From the IMG/VR virus record IMGVR_UViG_2851933302_000004: DNA of 40,715 bases; one strand, given 5' to 3'. Shown piece after piece: positions 18,142 through 27,489 of this stretch. This DNA comes from a virus (taxonomy: Duplodnaviria; Heunggongvirae; Uroviricota; Caudoviricetes). The notes beneath the pieces were generated by a model that saw only the letters and a list, made by a program, of their open reading frames with translations, ran no database searches and was not told the origin of the DNA. The position numbers were made by a program, and so were the translations under genes. The stretch's first letter is position 1; each line of letters opens with the position of its first letter.

Positions 18142-20612
18142 CAGAATCCCCCAACAGTAAGGCGAGGAATAACGGCAAGAACAGACAGCGGCAACGGATC
18201 AAGCTGACGGATTTTTACACGTCCGTTTTTGCCCCAGTTACTGTCCAGTTTCACTTCTACTTTTCCGGTAGCATCATCAACAGGATCATCGTAGAACTCG
18301 AATTCACGCTGTGGATATTCGTACCATTTACCGCCGGGCGTAGTCGCCCAGATGCCGCGACTGGCATTCACAACCAGAGTAACGGAGGGGATCACCTGTT
18401 TTTTGTCCAGCAGCGTTTCCTGTCCGTTAATGTTGATATCCAGTGTTTCGAATTCAGCAGTTATTGGCAGGCCGATGTGCACTACAGCCCCCGGAGATTC
18501 CAGCGTGACGGCACCTCCGGAAACCACTTTCTGTGGTTCCACGTTCGCATCAGAGAGAATGTTTACGGTCTGGCCTTCAAGATGAGACAGGCCTCCAAAT
18601 GTCCGGCGCGCCATCTGCCAGTTCGTGGTGGCCACATTCCTGAGGGATGGCGGGACGTTCCTGTTAGCACGAACCACTACAGCGGTATTGCTGGTTACAG
18701 AAATAATGTCGCAACGTAATTCTTTTGACACTTCATCGCCAGTATCAGGATCAGTTCCGGTATAAGGGAACTGTAGTTGCGCGCCGACATCACTACTGGT
18801 GAAGTACGCACCACCAGAAACACTGATTGTATATTCCGCACGGTAATCCCATTCACCAGAACCACCAGTGATGGTCATCGTTCTGTCAGACGTATTTCTT
18901 CCATCATAGCTAAGGCCAGAATCAACAAAGAAAGCATCTTCATCGCTGGTAAATAAACGGCTGGACAGTCGCTCGATGTATCTCACTGTTTGCCCGTTAA
19001 CGGTTCGGTTAATGACGAAATACACCGCATCTTCATTGCCTTCGCTGATACTGCATGTGCTTTCATATTTTCCGGTACTGGACTGTGGTGCCCATGCAAA
19101 AACCTGTTGATCACGCAAATAGGTCATCACCAGTAATTTACCGTCATCACGAATGCAGAAGGCGCTGGAGTAAGGGACAATAGAGAAGCACCAGTCAACA
19201 ATGCTGTGCTTCTGAAAAAGATGATTGGCAAGGATAGTAAGGTCGTTCCCCTGATAGCCGTCAACATCGAATGAGTAGGCCAGATCACGGACAACACTGC
19301 CTTTCTCCTGGACGAACAGAGCAATATTCGCCACGGCAATTGGTGGGACATTGCTCGAACCATTTGATCCCTGAGAGCTGAATGCAAATGATGATGGAGT
19401 TAATACTTTGTTCTGGTCGCCGGTGATGACGTACTCACCTCCGGAAGTCAGTGCCACCAGCGAACCGACATCAATCAGGTGGCGGATCTCATTAACCTGA
19501 CGCCCGGCATAGGTGTAGATAATTCTGTCGTCATCCTGCGTAGGATTGCTTTTGCCAAAATCCTTATAATCCCCAGTACGGCTGGCCCAGATAGTCTGAG
19601 GGAACGCTGTCGATGCGGCGAAGTAAAGACGTTGTTGATAATAAACAACCGTGCCAGGATAACCGTTAACACTGTTCCAGGCATATTTAGCCCATTTATA
19701 GCTGGCATTATCCTCGCCAACGACCTGCGAAGGGATATAGGAAATCACCTCAGCAGTTGCAGTAGTGCCATTTACAGCAGTTATACGGGCAATGCCAAAA
19801 CCACTGTGCAGATACTCCCACTCAATGCCAGTATCATCATCACCGGATCCGCCCCAGCCATCCCATGATGTGCCTTCTGTATGCGAAGGGCGCAAAGTGC
19901 CTGTTTTGCCTGCTGTAACGGCGCGATAGTAGTTACTGTCTGCACGGCGAATATCGCCAATCGACGTACTCTTACTGGTTTCCCATACCGGCACAGAATC
20001 CACTGCAGGCTGTTCCAGATAGAACAATTTGCCTACCTGCTCCGCGCCAAAAATAGAGGCGCTTGCCGTTAACGTAATTGTCCCGGTGCTGGCGCTGGCA
20101 TAAACCGTCACTGACTCATCAATATTGATATCTTCAAATGGCCCGTTCTTCGTTACCACATCAACCAGTTGCCAGTTGTCATGCGCATAGCGGCGCAGCT
20201 CTTTCGGCGGGTATGCCGGGTGAACCAGCGTAAGCACGTCGGCGCTTTGCGTGAATTTAATTCGGAACAGATCGGCTTCAGTATATGGCGTGGCAATTTC
20301 ATAAATAACATTGCTGCTGTTCAGCACCAACGCACCATCTTTGATAACGCGCATGTACTGGTGTCCGAACTCCAGAGCATAAGTCTGAACCGTCGAGAAT
20401 TGGAACGGGATCAGGCGGCATTTCCGATTTGGGTATTTGGCGGCACCGACAAAACGCGTACCAGGTCGATTCTCAACGCCGCCATACTGCCGCACGATAA
20501 AGTTATCGCACTTGCGCAATGCTACCTGGTACTTCGCCATGTCAATACGCCCGTACAACGACGGTCCAATCTCACCACCGGCAAAGCTGGGCTGGATCCA
20601 ACTGATAGCCAT
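18141..20612 (-). CDS. Tail tubular protein B-like (nozzle) protein
   Basis: 823 aa beta-rich protein immediately after a roughly 200-aa protein, mirroring T7 gp11/gp12 arrangement; assignment by architecture. Confidence 0.5.
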   Translation of the reverse strand: MAISWIQPSFAGGEIGPSLYGRIDMAKYQVALRKCDNFIVRQYGGVENRPGTRFVGAAKYPNRKCRLIPFQFSTVQTYALEFGHQYMRVIKDGALVLNSSNVIYEIATPYTEADLFRIKFTQSADVLTLVHPAYPPKELRRYAHDNWQLVDVVTKNGPFEDINIDESVTVYASASTGTITLTASASIFGAEQVGKLFYLEQPAVDSVPVWETSKSTSIGDIRRADSNYYRAVTAGKTGTLRPSHTEGTSWDGWGGSGDDDTGIEWEYLHSGFGIARITAVNGTTATAEVISYIPSQVVGEDNASYKWAKYAWNSVNGYPGTVVYYQQRLYFAASTAFPQTIWASRTGDYKDFGKSNPTQDDDRIIYTYAGRQVNEIRHLIDVGSLVALTSGGEYVITGDQNKVLTPSSFAFSSQGSNGSSNVPPIAVANIALFVQEKGSVVRDLAYSFDVDGYQGNDLTILANHLFQKHSIVDWCFSIVPYSSAFCIRDDGKLLVMTYLRDQQVFAWAPQSSTGKYESTCSISEGNEDAVYFVINRTVNGQTVRYIERLSSRLFTSDEDAFFVDSGLSYDGRNTSDRTMTITGGSGEWDYRAEYTISVSGGAYFTSSDVGAQLQFPYTGTDPDTGDEVSKELRCDIISVTSNTAVVVRANRNVPPSLRNVATTNWQMARRTFGGLSHLEGQTVNILSDANVEPQKVVSGGAVTLESPGAVVHIGLPITAEFETLDININGQETLLDKKQVIPSVTLVVNASRGIWATTPGGKWYEYPQREFEFYDDPVDDATGKVEVKLDSNWGKNGRVKIRQLDPLPLSVLAVIPRLTVGGF

Positions 20613-21220
20613 CAGGACAACCTCGCAATGGTAAACTCATCAACCGGTGGCTGTGGTTCCTGTGATTCATTCTGGCTATGCGAGCCAGCACTAAGAATCA
20701 CGCGATTGTACATATTGAGGGCAAACGTACCGAGGTCTGCATTCCCAGTCAGCGCCATGTTAATAGCTGCCGCAAGACGCCAGGCCAACGCCTCCATAAA
20801 AATGGCATCAAACATGTTCACATCTGTAACGCGAGAGACATACTTGAGCCATGCCTGAGGCTGGTCTGTGTAGATCAACTTTCCTGTTCCGTTGGTGTCT
20901 GCACCAACTTCGTACTGAACGCGCATTGCTGCTGTTGGATTGCGTACACCAGGAAGCATAATTTCAGTAATGCGCAGACAATCTGACGGGTACTGGTACG
21001 CATATTCCCAGTCAGGCGGTGGATTGCTCGTATCTGCAAGCGCCACGCGTTTGGTAGCAAAGTTCCAGTCAAAATCAGAAAGCACAGCATCACGACAGGC
21101 CTCAAAGTGCAGCGAACATTCCCCCGCTTCCTTGCTGGCTTCCGTCAGGCTGTTAATGCTGCGGCTGTTGCCAATATTGGACAGCGCACGATTACAGATC
21201 TCTACTACAGAGGCCATCAC
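20612..21220 (-). CDS. Tail tubular protein A-like (adaptor/gatekeeper) protein
   Basis: 202 aa; position between head genes and the 823-aa protein. Confidence 0.45.
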   Translation of the reverse strand: MMASVVEICNRALSNIGNSRSINSLTEASKEAGECSLHFEACRDAVLSDFDWNFATKRVALADTSNPPPDWEYAYQYPSDCLRITEIMLPGVRNPTAAMRVQYEVGADTNGTGKLIYTDQPQAWLKYVSRVTDVNMFDAIFMEALAWRLAAAINMALTGNADLGTFALNMYNRVILSAGSHSQNESQEPQPPVDEFTIARLS

Positions 21221-21546
21221 TCACCTCCGTTACCGTACAGAGTTTCAGCCGCTGATTTTTCTACATCCCCGGAAACAGGAGCGATCGCCATATCAGTGAT
21301 CTGCAGATCGGCGCTGCGATTAACGCCATCGTTAGTTTCTCTGGCAGACAGGCCTCGAATAACAGCCTTTGCAGTTATCATCACTTCCGTTCCGACGCCC
21401 TTAGGTTGCGCCTTCAGCTTATTCAATGTGTCGTTATTAAGAGTGATGCACAGCCCCCACGGGTATTCATCGCGAGTTCTGGTTTCTCCGCTCTCATCCT
21501 GGTAGCTGTCAGTGCCGGTTTTGAGGTTTACGAGTTCCATATACAC
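21217..21546 (-). CDS. Hypothetical virion protein
   Basis: 109 aa ORF in structural operon, coupled to downstream gene. Confidence 0.4.
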   Translation of the reverse strand: MYMELVNLKTGTDSYQDESGETRTRDEYPWGLCITLNNDTLNKLKAQPKGVGTEVMITAKAVIRGLSARETNDGVNRSADLQITDMAIAPVSGDVEKSAAETLYGNGGE

Positions 21547-21590
21547 TCCTGCAATAAAGGGGCCGAAGCCCCTTGTCTGATCCGCGAGGC

Positions 21591-21935
21591 TTACACGCCC
21601 AGTTCTTTACGCTTATCTGCGATCTTCTCGCGGAGCGTTTCGGCTTTGGCGTTATGGTGTGGCTTCTCGTTAAAGAGCAATTCGTACTCTTCACGGAGCT
21701 TATCCAGTTCACCATCATCTGACACATCGTTGATGATTTTGGTGCTGGTTGCTGCCATAGACACCTTTCCTGCTACCTTTGCTTTTGCCTGTCTGGCTGC
21801 ATCGTTAACAGGTTCCAGTGCGCTACCAGGCTCACCTTCGTATTCGATTTCTGCCCCCTCCGGCCACAGAGTGTTATGGATATGAGAGAGGCGCAGAACG
21901 CGGTATCTTGGTTTCTCACCTGACATCGATATCAC
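21591..21935 (-). CDS. Hypothetical virion protein
   Basis: 114 aa ORF in structural operon. Confidence 0.4.
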   Translation of the reverse strand: MISMSGEKPRYRVLRLSHIHNTLWPEGAEIEYEGEPGSALEPVNDAARQAKAKVAGKVSMAATSTKIINDVSDDGELDKLREEYELLFNEKPHHNAKAETLREKIADKRKELGV

Positions 21936-21936
21936 C

Positions 21937-22374
21937 TTAACCAGTTACTTTTGAGAGGATCGGATACGGCGTATTGGCATCAACATCAAGACTGATACCA
22001 GCAGTGAATTCGCCAGCCGTTAGTGGGCCAGTTGCGACGGAGTAGTTAACACGCAGATATCGCTGAACACCGGCAGGCACCTTTGCAGAAACAACTCGTT
22101 TACCTGCTGTCAGGGCGGTCTTTGCCAGTGCGCCACTATCATAAATAGTGGTCCATGAGCTGTTATTCTCACTCGTCTGCAACTGGATGTTTACAGTTGC
22201 ATCACCGCTTGCCGCGGCGGCTGTGTTAACCAGCGCCCAAAACTCAAGCGGGTAACCCACGCCGATATCACGACGTTTTCCGTCAATTGGACCGAGATCG
22301 ATTACGTCAGTAGAAGCCGCGGTATTCGTAACCGCCTGAGCTTCGGAGAACATCAACAGTTTGTCGGTGATCAT
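21937..22374 (-). CDS. Hypothetical virion protein, possible capsid decoration protein
   Basis: 145 aa beta-rich protein directly downstream of major capsid gene. Confidence 0.4.
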   Translation of the reverse strand: MITDKLLMFSEAQAVTNTAASTDVIDLGPIDGKRRDIGVGYPLEFWALVNTAAAASGDATVNIQLQTSENNSSWTTIYDSGALAKTALTAGKRVVSAKVPAGVQRYLRVNYSVATGPLTAGEFTAGISLDVDANTPYPILSKVTG

Positions 22375-22425
22375 CTTCTTTCTCCATTAGTGGGTCTGTT
22401 ACGACCCACAGGTTAATAACAGGCG

Positions 22426-23418
22426 TTACACCACGCGGGCTTCTGTTTCCAGAAGCGCATCAGTTTCACGGATTGGTACACCACGGAATGAAGTCCACCA
22501 CTCGCCTTCTGTCTCTTTTACGCTGATCGCCAGAGATGTTTTCTCCAGAGATTGCAGATCAAGAGCCTGGCCTACAGTGCGGTTCATGTAGAACACCGGG
22601 CGACCCATGCCACGATTTGGAATGCGATGCAGTGCTTTAACCATCAACTTCGCAATATTTGCGGCAGAGGAAGGTTCTGAAAGATTGCTGACATCGATGT
22701 TTGCAATGCGAACAACATAACGCCAGTCACGCAGAGCAAGTCCGTTGTCCCATTTGTAATGGGTACGGTAGCCTTCGTACTTGCCGCCATTAGCATCTTC
22801 CAGTGTCACCTGGCCTTTATCTTCCATCTGAATGCCAGCCTTCTGCCCTTTCGGGAAGATGCCATGCACTGTGTTTTCGCCCCACACCACTAACCAGATT
22901 GAGGTGTTATCTGTACCCGTGCCACCAGCATCAATGATGTTCTGAGCATTACCTGCAGACAGGCTGGAATAGCGGGAGGACAGTCCCATAAACTGCTGAG
23001 GGTTAACGCTGGAATCACCATAAAACAGCGTCTGCGCCATCTGCTGATTCATCGCTTCAATAAATGCGCGGTCTTCAGACAGGCGGAATTCGGCGGTATT
23101 ACCGTTCAGATCAGCCAGTGACTTATCGACTTCAGCATAGGTTTCCAGCATTCCAACGGAATCGGTGACCTGCACTGTGGTTGATTTGCTTGGCTGTACG
23201 CCATAGTTCAGCAAACGCCAGGTGGCTGAAGGTAAACCAGAACGAATGGTGGTTCGGTGTCCGGTAGGAAGGTTCCCTTCGACAAAAGGCATATCCTGAA
23301 GGATCGGGTTAGTTTGACCGAGAAGCTCGATAATCTTATCGACTTTCCCGTTTTTATCGACGCGCTTACCCCAGTCAGCCAGCGTTAGCGCAGTTAAGCC
23401 TTTAACAGCCATTGTCAT
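22426..23418 (-). CDS. Major capsid protein
   Basis: 330 aa; follows scaffold gene; size and composition typical of HK97-fold podovirus capsid proteins. Confidence 0.7.
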   Translation of the reverse strand: MTMAVKGLTALTLADWGKRVDKNGKVDKIIELLGQTNPILQDMPFVEGNLPTGHRTTIRSGLPSATWRLLNYGVQPSKSTTVQVTDSVGMLETYAEVDKSLADLNGNTAEFRLSEDRAFIEAMNQQMAQTLFYGDSSVNPQQFMGLSSRYSSLSAGNAQNIIDAGGTGTDNTSIWLVVWGENTVHGIFPKGQKAGIQMEDKGQVTLEDANGGKYEGYRTHYKWDNGLALRDWRYVVRIANIDVSNLSEPSSAANIAKLMVKALHRIPNRGMGRPVFYMNRTVGQALDLQSLEKTSLAISVKETEGEWWTSFRGVPIRETDALLETEARVV

Positions 23419-23426
23419 TTCCTCTC

Positions 23427-24128
23427 TTATTTGCCATAGAGCACTTCGGCCGCACTACGCTGGCCTTCATTACCACCGGTGACCATGCCATCTTCAGACA
23501 TCGCCTTTCCGATTTTCACGAACGTTTTGACCAGATCAGGGTGATTACCCAGCCCGGTGGTGTTCAGATATTCTTTGAGTTCAGGTGTCCCGAACTGGTC
23601 AAGCGCACGCTGTGCGGCGCTAAGGTTAGAAATCAACTTGTCGCCACCGATTTCTTTGTCAGCTTTTACATCCGCAGCCCACTGCTCGGTTGTTTTCTGC
23701 CAGGCTTCTGCCTGGCGCTGCTGAACACCTGCCAGAATCTTCGGATAAGCATCAACCAGCTTTTGCGCTTGCTCGTTGGTCAGGTTAAGTTCTCGCGCCA
23801 CCGGCTCGAATTCCTTCAACGCTTCTGTATCCAGCTCTACGCCTTCGGCAGCCTGAAACTCGTACTTCTCAGGCGCACCCTCTGGTTTATCGCCGTCCTT
23901 TTTTTCATCCTGCTTATCGTTTTCAGGCTTTTTGTCATCAGCAGGTTTATCGCCATCAGCAACAGGTTGTGGCTTATCACCTTCCTGTTGTGATGGATCA
24001 CCAACTGGAGCAGGGTTATCACCTGCAGGCGCTGACGGTTCTGACGCAGCCGGAGCTGCTCCACCATCGACTGGTTGCTCATTGCAAAGACGGCTATACA
24101 GCAAACGCTCAAATAAATTCATGATCAC
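23427..24128 (-). CDS. Scaffolding protein
   Basis: 233 aa acidic, Pro/Asp/Lys-rich low-complexity N-terminus, helical C-terminus; between portal and capsid genes. Confidence 0.6.
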   Translation of the reverse strand: MIMNLFERLLYSRLCNEQPVDGGAAPAASEPSAPAGDNPAPVGDPSQQEGDKPQPVADGDKPADDKKPENDKQDEKKDGDKPEGAPEKYEFQAAEGVELDTEALKEFEPVARELNLTNEQAQKLVDAYPKILAGVQQRQAEAWQKTTEQWAADVKADKEIGGDKLISNLSAAQRALDQFGTPELKEYLNTTGLGNHPDLVKTFVKIGKAMSEDGMVTGGNEGQRSAAEVLYGK

Positions 24129-24421
24129 TCCTGTTCACTGGCCTCTTTGGCCATCTTCAAATACTGTTCAGGACAATGCGCCATAACGCGCTGAAACAGT
24201 TCCAGCGCCAGATTGCGTTGCCCCTCATTAAATGCCATTGCCATAGCGTCCATCGGTGAGATAGCGGAAAACACACGGCCTTTCTCCAGCACCGACCAGA
24301 CAACGCGACGCCCCTGTTCACTGCTCATGACAAAGCGAATGTCATCAATTTCACGCTGTGCCATGTCACGTTGCTTACGGGCGTTTTCTTCTTTCAGTTG
24401 ATCGTCTTCGTAATCTGTCAT
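24125..24421 (-). CDS. Hypothetical small protein between portal and scaffold genes
   Basis: 98 aa ORF, overlapping stops and starts with neighbours. Confidence 0.4.
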   Translation of the reverse strand: MTDYEDDQLKEENARKQRDMAQREIDDIRFVMSSEQGRRVVWSVLEKGRVFSAISPMDAMAMAFNEGQRNLALELFQRVMAHCPEQYLKMAKEASEQE

Positions 24422-26097
24422 TGTGATTGCCCACCCTGACCACTAACTGCATTCGCCATAGCTGACAAAACACTCGGATCCGAAGTTTTAGCTTCGCTTA
24501 GCGTCTTGGCACCCTGTGCCGCCGCCATCCCCATCGCCATCATTTGTTGCTGCTGTTGCTGCTGTGCCCGTTGCTGGCGAGCCTGCTCAACCTGTTCCTG
24601 CGGAACAATGACGGTTGGAGACACTCCGGACATATCAGCGAATGCATCGATCGCCTGATCAACGTTGAGTTTGTCGAGAGCTTCTGGTTTCGCTTGCGCA
24701 AGTTGACCAATGAAGTTAACCGTGGACGCCAGACTGGACAGGCCGATAGACTTCTGCGCCTGAGCCATGACGGAAATGTATTCGACCTTCAGGGGCATAC
24801 CTTCCATCACGTCTGGCGGTGGCGGCAGCATGTTTTTACGCACCATCATCGAGAAAGAGCGGTCAATGAGAGGATTAAGACATTCGTCGTTCAGACGCTC
24901 CAGAACCGGCCCCAACATCAGAAGTTTTTCTTCTTTCATTTCGATCACCGCTTCAACAGGCATCGAGCGGGTATTGATGTTCTGCAACATCATGAACAGA
25001 TCGACAAAGTAGGCGCTGTTAATGATTTGACGAGTGTCCTGAATGTCTGCCACCAAATCTGCTGTACTGGGGTTAACCAGATAAGCAGGCCTGAAACCAT
25101 CCTGACCAGTAATCTGATCGATATACGTGATGTCGCCAGGAAGAAGGGAGGCACGCTGATTCTTGAGGGAAGTCGGAGCAACCATCGGCGGATTGGTGGC
25201 TTTATCAATCAACTGCGACTTGCGCTTCTGGAGAAGCTGCAATGCCTTAACAGGTCCAAGCGCCAGCATACCCGGGCATGATGATCCATAAACATCTTCG
25301 CCGTTAACTTCCCAGCGCGGAGCCATAATTGGAAACTCATCGAATCCGGACTCACGCAACAACTTGTCGTTATCGCCACCAACCTCGTAATAAACCGATT
25401 TGAATGGCTTGTTCTTGCTATCCAGCTTCGATGTATCGCGGTCAATGTTCGGGTAAACCGAATGCATCACTTCAATCCACTTCTCGTAGGTGCCGCTTTC
25501 CCACATGCTTTTTACGGATTCGCTGACGTTATTTAGCCCGAACTCCTGAACAAGCTGACGAACAGTCATAGAGAACTTGCGAAAACAGGTGTCCACACTG
25601 CCACGAGGTGAGTTAGCCAGGTAGTAACTGCCTATCGGGAATGGCATTGTGCGAATGATGTCCTCGTCATCCTCCAGCACCGCCATTGCACCAGTGCTGT
25701 ATGTGCCGAGGCTTCCGTATAACTGCGGAAGAGACTGGTAGAGATTCGACTTATTGAACATATCGTTCATGCGGTTCTGCACCGCCTCGAGCCACAACTT
25801 AACAGGACCATAATCCATCATTTCAGGATCTGGCGTAGCCAGGCGAAACCACGGACGCGCAGGGCTTGTGATGCCTGACATCATGCCGCTGGCGAGAGTG
25901 CGCGCCGCCATAGTCCCGGTCGAATCAATAATGCGTGTATTGCGTCGATCGTTACGGTTGACTTCAGAAGTCAGAAAGCGGGAACCACGCGGGTTGATGT
26001 AATCACTCAACTCGCGCCAGTGCGGCTCGAACGACTGACGCTCGCTTTCAAGTTGTGCGAACTGTTTGTTCAATCGCTCTTTAGTTGTTTCCGCCAT
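24418..26097 (-). CDS. Portal protein
   Basis: 559 aa with Gln-rich C-terminus; first gene of head block; size and order. Confidence 0.7.
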   Translation of the reverse strand: MAETTKERLNKQFAQLESERQSFEPHWRELSDYINPRGSRFLTSEVNRNDRRNTRIIDSTGTMAARTLASGMMSGITSPARPWFRLATPDPEMMDYGPVKLWLEAVQNRMNDMFNKSNLYQSLPQLYGSLGTYSTGAMAVLEDDEDIIRTMPFPIGSYYLANSPRGSVDTCFRKFSMTVRQLVQEFGLNNVSESVKSMWESGTYEKWIEVMHSVYPNIDRDTSKLDSKNKPFKSVYYEVGGDNDKLLRESGFDEFPIMAPRWEVNGEDVYGSSCPGMLALGPVKALQLLQKRKSQLIDKATNPPMVAPTSLKNQRASLLPGDITYIDQITGQDGFRPAYLVNPSTADLVADIQDTRQIINSAYFVDLFMMLQNINTRSMPVEAVIEMKEEKLLMLGPVLERLNDECLNPLIDRSFSMMVRKNMLPPPPDVMEGMPLKVEYISVMAQAQKSIGLSSLASTVNFIGQLAQAKPEALDKLNVDQAIDAFADMSGVSPTVIVPQEQVEQARQQRAQQQQQQQMMAMGMAAAQGAKTLSEAKTSDPSVLSAMANAVSGQGGQSQ

Positions 26098-26408
26098 TTC
26101 AATGACTCCGGTTACTGACCAAGCAGCGTTTTACCGCTGGTATTAGCGGTTGATGTGTCGCCCTGAGAACCGGTAAGCAGCGTAGAACTACGACCAGCAG
26201 CAGCGCGACGGCGACGTGTTTCTTCGTCGCGGGCATCAACAACGGCGGCATCCTGCTCCTGTGGTGCTGCCTGAACTTCTGGTGTTGCAGGCACTGATGG
26301 TGAGCTACCCATGCACATATCAATGACTCCGTACGCAATTAAATTATTACCAATTTAACCACATATGATTTATTTATCGTAGAAGGTTGACATTTAACGC
26401 GTTAATTA

Positions 26409-26423
26409 TTACCTTTCAGGTAA
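26409..26423. promoter_or_regulatory. Operator-like palindrome TTACC-N5-GGTAA (copy 4) upstream of portal, with TTGACA 16 bp away
   Basis: TTACCTTTCAGGTAA identical to copy 1; AACCACATATG at 26358..26368 also shared with copy 1 region. Confidence 0.45.
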
Positions 26424-26745
26424 CCAAAGGGCTCATTCTGGTTACTAACCTGACTGGCTTGTCGTTAAATTAAACAGGTGGAGTGAGCTTTTATTTTGAG
26501 CAGTACGGCGTATGGCACATGCGCCGATAGCGGTCTGGATACGTTTAAGGGGCACCCTCCCTTGCTCGGGCAAACGAACCAGGTAGCCGGAATGTGCAAG
26601 TCGAGCGGTTTTATTCCGCGCACGGGGATTCACCATCCCGGCGATTCGGTGTGACGCCTCGGAAGAGACGAGGGTACAACGATGAGAGCATTTATGGAGC
26701 CGCGACAAAGTGTGGCGCCTTAACAGGCTAAGTGCTCTCAGCGTT

Positions 26746-26822
26746 GTGGCATTAGCTCAGTTGGACAGAGCAACCGCCTTCTAAGCGGTTGGTCGCAGGT
26801 TCGAATCCTGCATGCCACGCCA
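26746..26822 (+). tRNA. tRNA-Arg (anticodon UCU), phage-encoded
   Basis: Cloverleaf folded by hand: 7-bp acceptor stem GTGGCAT/ATGCCAC, D-arm GCTC/GAGC, anticodon stem ACCGC/GCGGT with loop CTTCTAA, T-arm GCAGG-TTCGAAT-CCTGC, encoded CCA; resembles host argU with compensatory stem changes. Confidence 0.9.
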
Positions 26823-27020
26823 GAATCACGCCTAAGGACCGTGATGCCAGAAGTTCCAGGTGCTTGGCGGTGATGGTTTCCCTTGAAGGACTATCACCGC
26901 CCTTTTTACAGCAGGACGCCATTGCGATGACTTCATGCTGTAAACCCGTACAGCCACGGAAGGCATAACTCATTGCTTCCAGTTCGCCCGGTTCGCCGGG
27001 CATTTTTTTAAGGTGAGATC

Positions 27021-27443
27021 ATGAAAACAATTGATATGTTGGCTAAGTATCTAAATGAATGGCCATTAAAATATTCTCGTATCGTTCAGGCTGAAGACTG
27101 CGTTTTTTATGGCGTTTTTGCTGGTAATGAAATGCATTACGAAGTAATTCAGAGTGAGGGACTGGCCGGGTTAACGCTTAGCGATGACCATGGAATAGGA
27201 GTTACTTGCCATGACTGGATTTCAGCGCAGAAAACTGAAATGGAAAAAGGCAATGTGTTTGATATTTCTCGCGCTGTATACGCCAAAGAAAAAAGTGATG
27301 ATGATTACATGCGCGAAAACTTATACAACATGAAGTTACAATGCCTGGCTGAAGTGCTTAGTAAAAGATCTTTACTTGATGTGGTTGGTGCTGAGCAGGA
27401 CGCCAAGGCAATCAACGCCGCATTCGATAAAATAACCTTCTAA
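27021..27443 (+). CDS. Hypothetical moron protein, 140 aa, opposite strand to late operon
   Basis: ORF with AGGTGA RBS; flanked by hairpin terminators on both sides; between terminase and portal genes. Confidence 0.5.
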   Translation: MKTIDMLAKYLNEWPLKYSRIVQAEDCVFYGVFAGNEMHYEVIQSEGLAGLTLSDDHGIGVTCHDWISAQKTEMEKGNVFDISRAVYAKEKSDDDYMRENLYNMKLQCLAEVLSKRSLLDVVGAEQDAKAINAAFDKITF

Positions 27444-27447
27444 CGCC

Positions 27448-27462
27448 GTGACATGTCACAAT
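27448..27462. repeat. Palindromic repeat CGTGACATGTCACAAT copy B, just downstream of large terminase
   Basis: Identical 16-mer also at 29663..29678; core GTGACATGTCAC is a perfect 12-bp palindrome. Confidence 0.6.
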
Positions 27463-27463
27463 C

Positions 27464-27489
27464 AGCCCGCCGATTCGCGGGCTTTTTTA
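27464..27489 (+). terminator. Rho-independent terminator after the moron gene
   Basis: AGCCCGC-CGATTC-GCGGGCT followed by TTTTTT. Confidence 0.6.

Noticed and set aside
20169-20858. 229-aa plus-strand ORF
   Set aside because: Antisense to the 823-aa tail protein and 202-aa gene; no RBS and a composition-driven open frame.
23412-23993. 193-aa plus-strand ORF
   Set aside because: Antisense shadow within the scaffold gene; hydrophobic nonsense translation.
24544-25281. 245-aa plus-strand ORF
   Set aside because: Antisense shadow within the portal gene.
26445-26708. 87-aa minus-strand ORF upstream of tRNA
   Set aside because: No RBS, Arg/His-rich odd composition, lies in a GC-rich non-coding spacer.
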